This document shows positions 45,385 to 62,026 of a stretch of DNA of 64,000 nucleotides, piece by piece. Where the stretch lies: the NCBI GenBank assembly GCA_033442325.1, contig JAWQFM010000004.1, positions 2,260,458 through 2,324,457 of the forward strand, in the 5' to 3' direction. This DNA comes from Salpingoeca rosetta. Lineage: Eukaryota > Protista > Choanoflagellata. The notes under the pieces were generated by a model. That model worked only from the letters and a program-made list of their open reading frames with translations, was not told the origin of the DNA and searched no databases. Position 1 is the stretch's first letter. Each line of letters begins with the position of its first letter. The position numbers were made by a program, and so were the translations under genes.

Positions 45385-46438
45385 CTATCTGTGTGTCTCG
45401 CGCGCGTTCCTTTCTCTCCCCTTTGTCTCCGTTTACCTGTGTGTGAATACACGTGCAGTCAACACACGTGCGGTGAACACACGTGCGATCAGACGCGCAT
45501 GATTGCGCACCGTTGTGCATCCACCCGTTCACTCGCGTGCTGTGTCTCACCCTGTGCTCTATTGTGTTCTTGCATTCGTTTCGACCACACAGCTCTCAAT
45601 CGGGCAGTGGGCCTTTGACCTGTCCCAGACCACCATCCTGCCAGACTATCCAGTCACCCTCAACGGTCCCCTCACATCCCGCTCCTTCACAAACCTCAAC
45701 CCAGGGCGACGATTCCAGGTTGGTATTGTCAATGTGTGTGTGTGTGTGTGTGGTGTACGTGTGTATGTCAGTGTGTGTGTATGTGCGTGTGTGTGTATGA
45801 GAGTGTGTGTTTGTGTGTATGTGTATGAGTGTGTATGAGTGTGTGTGTGCCTGTTTGTACATGTGCATCTATGTATACACCCTGATCTTCCCTTATTGCT
45901 GTTCTGTTTGCACCCTCACACCAAAACTCATCACTGCCACCACCACCAACACCACCACTCAAACACCCAACACCGCTCACTCAACAACGATGCAACTGTA
46001 GATCATGATCACGCCCATTGACAATGACGGCAACAAGGTTCCGGCGTCACAGTACGTCGGTGGTGATTCGTCTGGCGACATCTCCACCTACTGCGGCTGC
46101 ACGACAGCGGACACAACGGGCGCGCCAACCGAGCTGTCCCTAACGCAATCCTACGGCAAGGTGCTCTTCGCATGGACAGACCAGAGCTACTGCGAGTCTG
46201 GCTTCAGCTTCAACCGCAATGGCGTGGGCCTCTCTGCCAACTACGATGTCACCTCGGAGAAGGAGTGCGGTGGTGAGCACAAGCCAACCAATGTCTACGA
46301 TGATCTTGCTCTGCAAAAGGATGATGTGTATTCATCCATCGACGACAACATGTTCTACGCGCTGCCCGAGGGCTCCATCTTTGTTCCCGTCACACTTCCA
46401 GCCGGCACCCGCTATGCATACCCCGCCGAGCTCATCGA

Positions 46439-46494
<56 letters not shown>

Positions 46495-49400
46495 TCGTGT
46501 GTGATCGTGTGTGATTGAGTGTGTGAGTGTGTGAGTGTGTGCGATATGTATGTGTGTGCGATATCTGTGATTTGGTTTTCAGGGTTATGTGCTGTCCGTC
46601 TTGCAAATTGCAGCTTCATCTTCCTCCCCCCCCCCCACCCAACACAACACACACGCTCACACATATACACGTTTTCACGCACACACACGCAGGGGACCAC
46701 TTTGCGTCGCCGTCAGTGTCGACGCAAGCAGCTGTGACAACGCACACGACAACAACAGCAGCAGAAGCAGTGACCACCTCGACCACAGACGGGAACCTTG
46801 ACGTCACAACATCCGCCCATTCTTGGACAACACCAGTTGTTGGAGGAACGACGCTCGGCGAAAACTACTTTACGCCACCAGCCAACACCGTTCCCACGAC
46901 AACCACCACACCGCCAGGTGACAGCGACCAAGAAGCCGCAACAACCACCACCCCTGCAAATGCCCTGGAGACAGAGTACCTCACAGGCACGTCCACGGTC
47001 GTGTTCACTGCGCGCGAGTGTGCTGATCTGTGCATCGAGCGGGCAGAGTGGTGCATCGCCATCACGGTGCAGGAGCGCACGGACGGTCAACTGGTGTGCC
47101 ACCAGCTGCGCCTCATCCGCTACACGGGCATGTCCCAGGACGACGTGTCTGTGCAGACGCTGCGCCGTGTCGATATCACAGGCACGGGTGTTGAGGGCTC
47201 CTACATCTTCCAGGGGTCCAAGAGCGATTGCGAAACCGCGTGCTCCAAGACAGAGGATTGCGTCATGACGATCCTTGACAAGCAGTTTTGCGCAACTGCT
47301 AACACGCGTGTGGCCACGATGGTCAACCCCAACACGTACGACCAAGACCTGGTCCCCGAGTACTACCGGCGTTACGTCGGCACAGCGCCAGGCCAGCAGC
47401 TGAAGTATTGCGTGCTGGCCACCAACCCCATTGACTACTCTGCAAGCGGATACAGCTCAAAGGAGACGTGCGAGTACCTCACGGTGCAGGTGCGTCGCTC
47501 GCATGTTGTACTGCGGTGTGTTGTGCCCTTGAACGTGCTTGCACGGGTGTGTGTGTGTTTTGTGTGTTTTGTTGTGTTGTGTGTATCATGTGTTCATGTG
47601 CATGTATGTATGCACAAGTACGCGTTCGTTGACGATAGCTCTTTCCTACCACACACGCACACACACACACACATACACACACGCACAAACACACACACAC
47701 ATACACATACAGTGGGAGGCTGCTGTTCGGGGCCAAGTCACAATTGACTCTGAGGAAATTCACCTGCCTGTGGATGGCGTCACCATCGAGTATGAAATCG
47801 GTGATGTGAAGGGCACGCGCACAACGGACGCTGACGGCTTCTTTGAAATCCACGTCGAGACAAACAAGATCACCCGATCCCACGCAACCGTGACGCTTCG
47901 CTTCTTCAAGTCAACTGGTAGTATCCAGCACACCTTCTCTTGCGGCGGCATGCCCTGTACGGAGACCAAGCTCATTGTTGAACACCTTCGTTTCGACCAC
48001 CAAGTTGACATCCGTGACACGACTTCCATGCCCTTCTCGGGTCGCGTGACCATCAAGGGTACAGAGCACCCTGGCTTCCCAGCAGGCTGCCCGCTCAAGG
48101 ACGTGGAGGTGTGCCTGTACGACCGCAACCAGGGCGACTACGTTGTTGGCTGCGCCATCACGGACGCCAAAGGTTACTACACAGCACAGGCGGTATTGGG
48201 CGCCTCTGTCGGCGTGCGCCTCTCGTTTGGTAACTCCTCGCACACCTTTGAGCGCGCTGCATACACGGACAACACGCCTAACGCACCCAGTGGGTTCTTC
48301 ATCCGTCAAGACCCCGTGACAAGCAGAGACGTCAAGACCCCCTACTATGACATCACCGAGGAGAAGCTGTGGGAACGCATCAACTTCCAGGACATCACCA
48401 CCAACGAGGCGACAGTGGATGTGGCGGGCGGCAAGTGCAACCTGGTGCTGGGGCGCACCACCCTTGAGTTCCGGTACGACAGCTGCCCAACGTGGGTGCG
48501 AACAGAGCACACGACGCAGCGCATCTCCAAGTGGACGCTGCCTGCACACCGCATTGCCGTGCGGTTTCAACGGCTCGTGCGCGACGGAAACGTGCGTGAG
48601 GAGATTACGCGGTACTTCTCTGCTGCGATTGATGACTCGCGCTCGCTGTATGTTGAGCTGCAGGACCCAAAGAACACGAACCAGACACTGAAGACCGCCC
48701 GGTTTGAGTACCACCCGCCGCCGCAGCTGGGCATCAGGTTCACAGGGGAGGTGAAGAACAACTGCACGTACAGCGACCACACCCCATACCACGTCATCAA
48801 GCAGAACACGCAGTCGCAGGTCACCATCACCGTGACAGAGTACTATGGTGCTGGCGTGGGCACGTGCGACATTGTGCCCGGCGAAGTTGTGATCACCAAC
48901 CATCTTGGCGAGTCCCCAGACACTGTCGCTGCGCTCAACGGATCGTCGTCACTCACCAACACGCAGCTCAACCTCTTGAAAGAGTGCTACTACCCGTGCA
49001 CAAGGCACGTCATCATGGACACCACGTCCACGGCAAAGGGTGACGTGCTTTCCAACTCGCGCGTGGAGCTGGTTGTGCTCACGGGATCGCCGGAACTCAA
49101 CGCACAGGTCCTGGACAGCGAGCACCCGTACACCAAGCTCTTCAGCGCCACCATGCACAACAAGCCATACGACCCCGTCACGGACGTGGTGCGCGTTGTC
49201 GTGACGGGTGACGTTGCGCTGAAGCCACTGGCATCCATCCCCTTCCCGCGCTACAAACCGCTGTTGGTGGTGCAGGACCCGCCTGGTGGCCTGTCCTCTG
49301 CTGCGTACTCCAATGTGTACGCCAACTACAAGATGGAGAGCGACACGTACGACGAGTATGGTGGGTTCTTCCTTGGGCTTGAAGTGACGCCCTTCAAGGT

Positions 49401-50959
49401 GGACGCCACACTCGACTTGTGTGTGGGTCTCGGTGCTGCCAACTGCATCAACCTCGTCACAGCAAAGTCCTCGCCAGTCACCATCATGGCCGAGACAACG
49501 AACCTGTTTGGCACCAAGGATGCGGATGACAACGAGGAGACGGGGAAGGTGTGGTCGTTTGAGATTGATGTGGCCACGAGCGAGGCTGCGGTGCTGGCTG
49601 GTGAGCGCTCCGACATGTTCCTTGTGCCGGCTCTCAACGTGGTGTTCCTGGACACGTACACCATCTCCTTCGACAAGGCCACGTGCGGCGCGTCAAAGTC
49701 GAAGCGAACCAAGTGGTCGCTGGCGTCCAAGGAGAACAGGGAGGTCATGTCCTGGCTGTCGGCATACGAGATTGAGACGAAGGAGCTGCCAGACCTGCGT
49801 GCACGCCTGGCCAACACGGCCAACAACGACACGGCCGAGCAGAAGGCGGAGCTGCGCAACGCAATCACGGCCTGGGAGAACAACCTCAAGCGCAACAAGG
49901 ACGTGCGGGCGATGGCTGGTGCAGGCTCGCTCAAGTCTGTGCAGTCGCTGTGGGCGACAGATGACTTTGATCACGCCGACGCAGACAACATTGACGGGGG
50001 AATGGGCAAGGGTATTGCGCTTGCACCGCACAAGCTCATTGAGCAGGCGAAACAGCTCTCTGGTGCGACAGCAACGGAGCAGCAGCAGACTTCTCTCAAG
50101 GCCATCAACACGATCAAGTTTTCCGGAGGTGTTGTTGTTGTTGTTTAAGTTGTTGTTTTGCAGTTGTTGTTGGTTGTTGTGACTACTAATCGCGTCACTG
50201 CCTATCAATGCACGCGCACATGCGTGTGTGTGTGTATGTGGTGCGTTGTGTGTTGTGTGTGTGTGTGTGTTTGCTTGTCTATGTGTGACTATAACAGCGG
50301 CGGATTGCCTAGAAATCAATCTACTTCGCGCGCGTGAACCTCCAACTCGTGCACACTCGAGCAAGTCTAGCACCCACACAATCTTCCTCACCCCCGCATG
50401 TCGTGTACACTTTGTCTTGTGTCTGCTGTCTTCGTGTGTACAGGCGGGTCAACCTACACGTTTGCATACGACACAAGCTTGGACAAGTCTGCGACGTCCG
50501 GCACCATGCGGGAACACGAATTCAAAGGTGGCGCTGCTATTTCACACGAGTTCACGGGCTCTGGTATTGGCACCGAGTTCAAGATCACTCCCCTTGGCAT
50601 TGGCAAGTGGGAGGCATCCTCCGAAGACCAGGAGGGCTATCAGCTCGAGGAGCACGTCGAATTCACGGTGTGTACACGTGTGTGTGTGTGTGTGTGTGTA
50701 TGTGGGTGGTGTGTGTGTGTTTGGATGTGTGTGTTTGGATGGGTGTGTCTGTGGATGGGTGTGTCTGTGGGTGTGTTTGGATGCGTGTGTCTGTGTGTGC
50801 TTAGTCAGCCATCTCTTGCTGCAACATCTTCTCCTCTCCTCTCCTCTCCTCTCCTCTTCTCCTGCATCGTCACGACAGGCCACCTGCTCACCTCCATCCC
50901 ACCCCGCCGCCACCACCACCACCACCACCACCACCACCACCACCACCACCACCACCACC

Positions 50960-51005
<46 letters not shown>

Positions 51006-51007
51006 CT

Positions 51008-51047
<40 letters not shown>

Positions 51048-53515
51048 CTTAAACAACAACTTAAACAACAACTTAAACAACAACTTAAACAACAACTGCC
51101 CCCGCCGGCATTAGCTTGGAGACGATGACCCGTTTGATGTGTTCGACGTGGAAGTGTTCAAGCACCCCGACTTCAACACGCTCGTGTTCCACACGGCCTC
51201 TGGCCAGTCGTCATGCCCACACGAGGAAAACACGCTTGAGCTTGAAAAGCCAGGCATCTCCGTGCTCGAAGCGCCATCTGCACCCGTACTGCCTGACGAA
51301 CCGGCCGTGTTCCGCCTGCTGCTGAGCAATGACGGCGACTACACGACGTACATGCAGTTGTACGCCGTCAACGGCCAAAACCAGGACGGCCTGGAGATTA
51401 GCGTTGACGGGCGCTCGCTCGTGGCACCCATCGACTACGTTGGCTTTGCGCCTGGCGCGACGCAGATCACCGTGATTATGAGGCGCGGGCCCAAGGTGTT
51501 CAAGTACGACCCGGTAGACCTCTGGTTCTCATCGCTGTGCGAGCAGGAACGGCTGGCAGACACGGGCTACCTGAGCGACGAGGCCGTGGCCCAGAAGCGC
51601 GTGACACTGCAAGTGGAGTTCCTGCAGCCGTGTTCACCGGTACAGCTGGTCGGCGCCATTGGCGAGGCGGGCACGTTTGTAGTCAACGCTGCGACGGACC
51701 AAGCAACTTCGGGCACCACAGACGAGACGAACCTACACCCTGGTGAGCTGCGCCTGGTGGCATTCAACCCGGACCACTCGAAACGCACGTGGCAGGAGGA
51801 TGATCGCCTCAAAGGCGTCATTGTTGAGTACAAGCGGCACATTGACGGCGACACGGCGTGGATGCCTGCCCGCGACAAATCAGGCAACACGCTTGAGATC
51901 AGCGGCCAGGCCAACGAGTACGGCTATGTGACGGTGTGGTGGGACGTGAGCGGGTTGCTGGAGGGAGAGCATGACCTTCGCATCAGGGCGCGCTGCGAAA
52001 AGTCCATCAACCAGGTGCCGGATGGCATTGATGAGCAGTACTCGCAGGTGGCGTTTGGGGTGGTGGACAGGACACCACCGCGCGTGCTGGGCACCCCTGA
52101 GCCCGCAGACGGCGAGTACAAGCCTGGTGACATGATTTCGTTTGAGTTTGATGAGGCCATCCAGTGCTCCAAGCCGTTCCAGTTTGAGGTGCGCATGGAG
52201 GTTGACGGCTTGGACCGCGTGTTTGACAACAGCAACATGGTGATTGTGTGCGAGGGCCGCAAAATCGCCATGTCGCTTCGCCGCGGGTTCACCTGGGACG
52301 ACGTCAACGCAAAATCTGCACAGCTCGCACTGGGCATGGTCACCGACAAGTACGGCAACGCGGTGCAGCAGAACATCATGTTGTTCTTCACCTTTGCCAC
52401 GCTGTCCCTGCACGACGCCACCGCACACGTGTCCGGCCTGAAGCTGAAGACGGCGTTTGACCGCGCCTTCTACAACACGTCGTCGCCTCTGTACAAGGCA
52501 ACGGCAAACAAGGTGCGCAGCGACATTGCGCACGCACTTGGCATCAACCCCTCCCGCGTCATGGTGGTTGGCCTGTCGCCCGTGGACAGCATTGAGTTTG
52601 ACCGCGGCACGCACGTCGACATCAACTTCCTCCCCGCGTCGGCCAACACTTCATTCCCCGCAGGTGCACCGGCTCTCAATGCGCGGCGAAGAGAGACAAC
52701 GGCAATAGAGCAGACACCTTCAGCACTGGCCACGATGCTTGAGATGGTGGTTGCTCGCCCTGATGCTGCTGGTCTGGAGGAGAGTAATGTGCTGCTGCAG
52801 CTGACGGCTGACTCACGCGTGGACACGGAGCTCACAGCAGCAGCCATGTACAACACCACCACCACGCCGTTTTCCGTCACCTTTGAAGGGTCCACGTCCT
52901 CCGACACGCCCCACGAGATCAAAGTTCCAGTTTGTAAGTTTGTGGTGTCATGGGTGTGGGTGCTCTGTGTGTGTGTGTGGGGGGGGGGGTTGCGAGTGTG
53001 TGTGTGGTTGCGCGTGTGATGCGTGATTGTGTGTGTGTGGGGGGGGGGGTTGCGAGTGTTTGTGGGTGGTCTGTAATTGTGTGTGTGCGGTGTGTGAGTT
53101 TGTGATATGTGCACAGACACGCGATTGAATGTGGAAATGCTTGTGCACGTGTGATTGTTGCGGCTGCCACTCACCCTCTCTGCTTGCCACTACCCCGTGA
53201 TGTTTCCAACACACACACACACATACCACAGACTTTACTCTGGCGCTGCTGTTTGTGATCCTGGGCGTGCAGGTTGTCACGTGCCTCCGTGTTGGTGGCG
53301 GTACGGGCCGAAGGTCCTACAAGATGCCGGGGTCCTTCCGCGTGTCGCCGGAGCATCGTCCCATGTCTCATATGAGCGGACTCAGCGCAGCCACCACACT
53401 TGAGGAGAGGGGTACACATGTTCATGAGACGGCGGTGGATGTCGACCCCCACGCCGATCATCCTGGCAGCAGCTTTGAAGAGAATCCACGTTCCCTCGGC
53501 ACCACAAATGCCTGA
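41981..53515 (+). CDS. Large type I membrane protein: signal peptide, dermatopontin domain, Sushi, cbEGF, FN3-like, Thr-rich and PAN-like regions, a module resembling Bacteroidetes secreted proteins, SEA-like, TM, short tail
   Basis: Signal MTVPQPAAIALVLLAMLVAPPPVHA. Three dermatopontin repeats (NNFDQPLSYNCPSGQGISQIYSYHDNGKEDRRWGFEC, YSYHDNGPEDRRWKFRC, SVHDNGPEDRVW). DINECTSGTHDC. Long exons 47713-50128 and 51115-52930. TM FTLALLFVILGVQVVTCL. Stop at 53513-53515. Confidence 0.8.
50910..51096. repeat. (CAC)n-(AAC)n array with CTTAAA interruptions just upstream of the 51114 acceptor
   Basis: Directly visible. Confidence 0.95.
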
Positions 53516-53539
53516 TCAAGCCCCTGTGTGTGTGTCTGT

Positions 53540-53573
<34 letters not shown>

Positions 53574-53933
53574 CTGTGTGTGTCTGTGTGCCTGTGTGTG
53601 TGTGTGTGTCTGTGTGTGTGTGTGTGTCTGTGCGTGTGTGTTACGTGTGTTGTGCTCATGTGTGTGCGTGTGTGCGTGTGTTTGGCCCGTTTACTACACT
53701 CAATGTTGGCATGGTTCACGTACCTCTTTCGCTTCCCAAGCGTGTGACCATCAATTTCCTTCGTTGTGTTATCACAAAAGTCTCGCCTTTCCTCAGCCTC
53801 ATCTTGAGCGAGGAGTACATCGGTGAATGCACATGCTGTTCCAGTCTTGTTACCGCTCAATAGAACAGCCAAGCCTCTCATCGCACACGACATGTGACCA
53901 TGTGTGTGCCCGTCTGTCTGTATGACCGTGGTC

Positions 53934-54025
<92 letters not shown>

Positions 54026-54319
54026 GTGTGTGTGTGTGTCTGGTAGAGTTGTCTTGTAATCTTGTTTCATCGTGGAGATGATGCCATGTGGCTGTGCTTC
54101 ACCATCAAGTCAACACACTGTGCTGTTTAATGGGGGTTGGAAAACCGGGATGCTGGTGGCGATACAGAACAAACGCACAAGAAAAGGCTGACATCACGCA
54201 ACGAAGACAGATTGGAGGTGTAACACGCCATGTTGTTCACGCAACGCACGACGCACGACTCACAGTGCATACAAGCATGTGTCCGTGTGTCTGTGTGAGT
54301 GTTTTGTGCGTGCATGTGT

Positions 54320-54682
54320 TCAGAGTGCGTACTCCTTGAGCAGCTTGCCTGCAATCACCAGGCGCTGGATCTCGCTTGTGCCCTCGTAGATCTCCGTGAT
54401 GCGCGCATCGCGGTAGTGCCGTTCGGCCGGCATGTCCGTCACAAACCCCATCCCTGGTGGATGGCATGTGCGTGTGTGTACGTGTGAGGATGACGTTTGT
54501 CTGTGTGTGTGTGTGTGTTGTGCATTCAAGACGGCAGTGGCAACCCACACTTCACGCACGCACACACGCACGCACGCACACACTCACAACACAACAAGCA
54601 CACACACACAAAAAAAAACACGCACACACACACACACACGAAACACAGGCATGCACACACGCACACACACAACACAACACAC

Positions 54683-54741
<59 letters not shown>

Positions 54742-54977
54742 CCACTGCGCCCACCTCCGAGGATCTGGATGGCCTGGTGGGCGATGAACGTCGCTGCCTC
54801 CGACGCCGCCAGCTTGGCCATCGCGGCCTCCTTCGTAAAGTCCCGGCCCTCGTCCTTGTAGACTGCCGCCTTGTGTGTCAGCAGTCGAGCTGACTCCAGA
54901 CGTGTGCCCATGTCAGCCAGCTTCTCCGCAATCATCTGGTGGCTCGAAAGCGGGCGCCCCATGCTCTTGCGTTGCTG

Positions 54978-55061
<84 letters not shown>

Positions 55062-55941
55062 GCGATCAAGCGTGACAAACTCCGGCATGTTAAGCACATG
55101 ATTATGTCTCTTCTCAACCCCCCCCCCCAACCACGATGTCCACTGCGCACCTGTGCATACTCGATGGCGCACTCAAAGGCGGCCTGGCCAATGCCCAGCG
55201 CCTGCGCAGCGATACCAATCCGGCCACCATCAAGCGTCGCTGGTGGTGATGGTGGTGATGTGGTGAGACTTCAGTCATGTCATCAAAGTGAATACGAACA
55301 CACACACACACACATACATGCACACACACACACACATACATGCACACATACACACACACACATATACATGCACACACATCACATACATACACACACACAT
55401 CACACACATACGCACACGATCAACAGGGCCACCGCGATGGCGTGTGTGCAGCGTACCCATTGCAATCTTGAAGCCCTGGCCGCTGCTGCCGAGGAGATTC
55501 TCCTTTGGAATGCGGCACTCCTCAAAGATCAGGTTGCACGTGCTCGACGCGCGGATGCCGAGCTGATGGTGGTGGTGGTGATGGTAGGCAGTGCGAGAGA
55601 GTGGATGTTGTGGTGATGGTAGGAGGGAGTGGTGATTACAGGCAAGAAATGCGTGTATGTGTGTCTGTGTGTCTGTGTGTGTGTATCTGCGTGCATCTGC
55701 GTGTGTGTGTGTGTGTGTGTGTATCTGCGTGCATCTGTGTGTGTGTGTGTGTGTGTGTATCTGTGTGTGTGTGTGTGTGTGTGTCTGTGTGTGTGTGTGT
55801 GTCTGTGTGTGTGTGTCTGTGCGGCCATCTATCATGGTGCATCCAACTTTTCAAGTTGCAACAGCACTGCACCTTATCCTCCTTCTTGCCGAGCGTGAGC
55901 CCCTCCGTCGGTTTTGGCACCAGGAACGCGCTGATGCCCTG

Positions 55942-56031
<90 letters not shown>

Positions 56032-58093
56032 AATACGTGTCAATACGTGTCAACACGTGTCAATTTGAGTGAGACAGTGTGTGCGTGTGAGCGAAACAAT
56101 GACAGACAAGCAATTCCCCACCCCCTGCGCACGCACAGACACACAGACACGCGCAACAATTTCTGCGTGCGGCCGAGACCTTGTGCTTGAGGGATTTGTC
56201 CGTTGTGGCGAAGACGACAGCAGCATCCGCCTCGTAACCTTACACGCACACACACACACATACACACACATACACACACACATACACACACACATACACA
56301 CACATACACACACATACACACACGTACACATACACACGATGTGCGGCCACGATGGGATCACGGCGCAACGAGTCGGTGAGCTTTGCGTGCTGTCGACAGC
56401 GCACCCGGCCATGCATCCACGCAGGAGAGTTTGCACTGACAGCGCTTGCGCGACAAGTGTACGACCGCACAGCCAGGGAACGCAACAAGTCGGGAGGGAA
56501 CGCGACAAGACCACACGTCACGACAACGACAACGACAGTGACAGCAACAGCGTACCGTTGGTGATCCAGGACTTGGTTCCATTCAGCACCCTGATCGGAA
56601 CAACACGATGCGAAGGTGAGGAGGAAGCATAGCACACATACACACACACACACACATACACACACACAACGCAGCAAAGCAGCAAAGCAGCAAAGCAGCA
56701 AAGCAGCAAAGCAGCAAAGCAGCAAAGCAGCAAAGCAGCAAAGCAGCAAAGCAGCAAGCAGGGACGTCTGACCAGTGGTCGCCTTCGTCGCGGGCAGTCG
56801 TGGACGCAGCGCCAGCATCACTGCAAAACACACACACACAGACACACAAACACGCACACACGCACATACATACACACACGCACAGATACAACCAAGAGCA
56901 GTGATGAGTTGAGACACAAGGCTTCAAGGTGACATGATGGTGATTCATTCGCCAACGACAAGCAATTTCAATTGCAAATTGCAATTGCAATGGCAAGGAA
57001 GCAAGCAAAGGCTGTGTTCGCAGTTGCCGTCGCTTGACACATGAACACGCACGCACCTTCCGTTGCCAGGCTCGCTCAGAGCAAAGCAGCCGAGCTTCTC
57101 ACCTATCCACGCACGCGCAAGCACGCACAACACACGACAGAACCAGATGAGGTGAGTGGTCGAGTATGAACGCGCCAACGCACACAAAGAGAGGTGGTAC
57201 TACACCTACGCAAGCAGGGCAACAAACTCAAACAATGACCAGCGCCACACATGTCACAACGCACCGGCAGTGAAGGGCTTGAGCCATGTTTCATACTGCT
57301 CCTCGCTGCCATACTTGAGCACGGGGCTGCTGTACAGGCTCTGCAAAGCAGAGAAGCGCGAACAAGCACGGGCAAAAAGCGTAAGAGCACGATGGCGTCG
57401 TTGCCTGCAAGCAGGCAAACCACAAAACCACAAGTTACAGACCAGCCGCCTTTCACGACAGTTGATGCGTCAATCATTTGCAATGACTCACGTTGTTGAC
57501 GGACATGATGACGCCGGCGGAGGCACAGCCGCGGGAAATCTCCTCCAATGCGACGGCATATGCCAGTGCATCCAGGCCGCTGCCGCCATATTCCGTCGGC
57601 ACCTCGATGCTCATCAACCCAAGCGACGCCATCTCTTGAACCTGCAAGTATGTGATGGGCGGGTGAAACGTGAGATAGTGAAGAGGAGATATCGAGAGAC
57701 CGATGAGGTGAAGAGAGACAGGGAGAAAGGAGGAGGAGGAGGAGGAGTGATGCTCGTGGCTTTGAAGTGTCGGTGGCAAGCGGTGGCATGTGTGACGGCG
57801 AACTGAACAACCCCCGGTTCCTCTTCCTCTCACCGCATCGGCGGGGAACGTGTGGTTCTTGTCCCACTCTGGGGCGCCTTTGACAAGCACGGCATCGGCA
57901 AAGTCGCGGCAGGTCTTTTGCAGCATCTCGTGCTCACTGCTGAGCGTGAATGCACGCACGCATTGCCTACATTGACAAGTCATGAACCACAAACATCACC
58001 ACAACGCAAGATGTCAGGATTGATCCACGCTGAAAAGCGGAAACAAGCACCTGCAGTCTGATCCCAGTATGTGCGCAGATGCGCATGTGTGCG

Positions 58094-58143
<50 letters not shown>

Positions 58144-58217
58144 TGTGTGTGTGTGAACGCCAATCGACCTCACTTGAGCACTGAGGCGGTGCGCCCGCGA
58201 ACACTGGAAGACAGCAT
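54320..58217 (-). CDS. ACADS: Short-chain (butyryl) acyl-CoA dehydrogenase, mitochondrial precursor
   Basis: Exons give [142 protein letters not shown]. Basic presequence [15 protein letters not shown]. Confidence 0.93.
56671..56757. repeat. (GCAGCAAA)n octamer tandem repeat in an ACADS intron
   Basis: Directly visible. Confidence 0.9.
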
Positions 58218-58924
58218 TGCTGGTTGTTGGTTGATTTGTTTGTCTTGGCTGGCTGTAAGGGTTGTGGAGAAATAGCTCAAGATTTCATGCAACTTTCGGC
58301 AGCACAGTGGCTATGGTTGTTGTTTGCGTGTTGTTTGTTTCTGTCTTTGTGTTGTTCTGTCTTTGTGTTCTTGTGTTGTCTCTGTCTGCCTTCTTGCTTG
58401 TCTGTTGTGTTGCTGAGTGAGTGTTTGTCACCCATCACACACACACACACAACCCCATATGCGCAGCAAAGCACAGCTTTTATCGAAGAATGCCAATGGT
58501 AACACGGGCAATGAATGGGAAGCAAAGTGGCGCGAACACTGGCGAGGAAAGGGAAGTAAACTGCAAACGGCAAACGGCTGGCATATAACCGAGATCCAGC
58601 CAACAATGGAGGCGAGCAAGAGTTAAGACATGCTCGTCACCAGCGAAGCTTCAAGGGGCTTTAAGAACGAACTACATCTGCGAAACGAGCGAAGGGTAAA
58701 ATCACGAGACCCAAACTGACGCAACAACAATACTATGAAAATAACGTGTGATGTTGTGACATGACAGCATGCGAATGCAACAAACAACAACAAGCAACAC
58801 ACTGGAACTTGACAACACAAAGCCGCGAGTGCGACATCGCAACATGATCAACAAGTCGCGTCAAGAACAGAGATAACGCAAGCCATTCACAGGTCGTGTA
58901 AGGACAACTGAAAAGACGCTGCTA

Positions 58925-58983
<59 letters not shown>

Positions 58984-59164
58984 ACGACAGTGTGTGTGTG
59001 CGTACGACAATGTATGGCTGCAGGAATCAAACAAGGGAACAAGGCCGCGGAGAAGTCGAGGAGGAACAACGACGCAGTCTATGTGCAGGTGTGTCTGTGT
59101 GCGCATGTGTGTGGGACCGACAAGAGGTGACAGCGGGCATTGCACCCATATCTGACTGACCAAG

Positions 59165-61636
<2,472 letters not shown>

Positions 61637-62026
61637 AGAGTTGATGTATCTGAGCTTTCTTGAGTCGTCTTGGATCAAGGAGAGTAGGGTGGAAATATAA
61701 GGCAGTTCGACGTGCTGACAAGCAAGTTATGAACAGCAGACGTCGGTTGTCTCACGAAGCAAGGCCGATCAAAGCCCGCTTCTTCCTCACGGCACAGGCA
61801 AAGTCACAAACGAAACAAATCCGTGTGGGAGGGAGAGAGAGAAGGTTCGTGTTGCTTGTTGTTTGTGGTTGCGTCGTTCGGGTGCAGAACGAACGAATGT
61901 GCATTGTCGCACTGTCTGTTGTGTGTTGGTCGTGCGTTCGTTCCTTCTTCTTCAAATCAAGGCTTGACTATTTACGGAAGATATCAGCAAATCGCCAACA
62001 CTTGCTATGATCCTAATTCTAGGACG

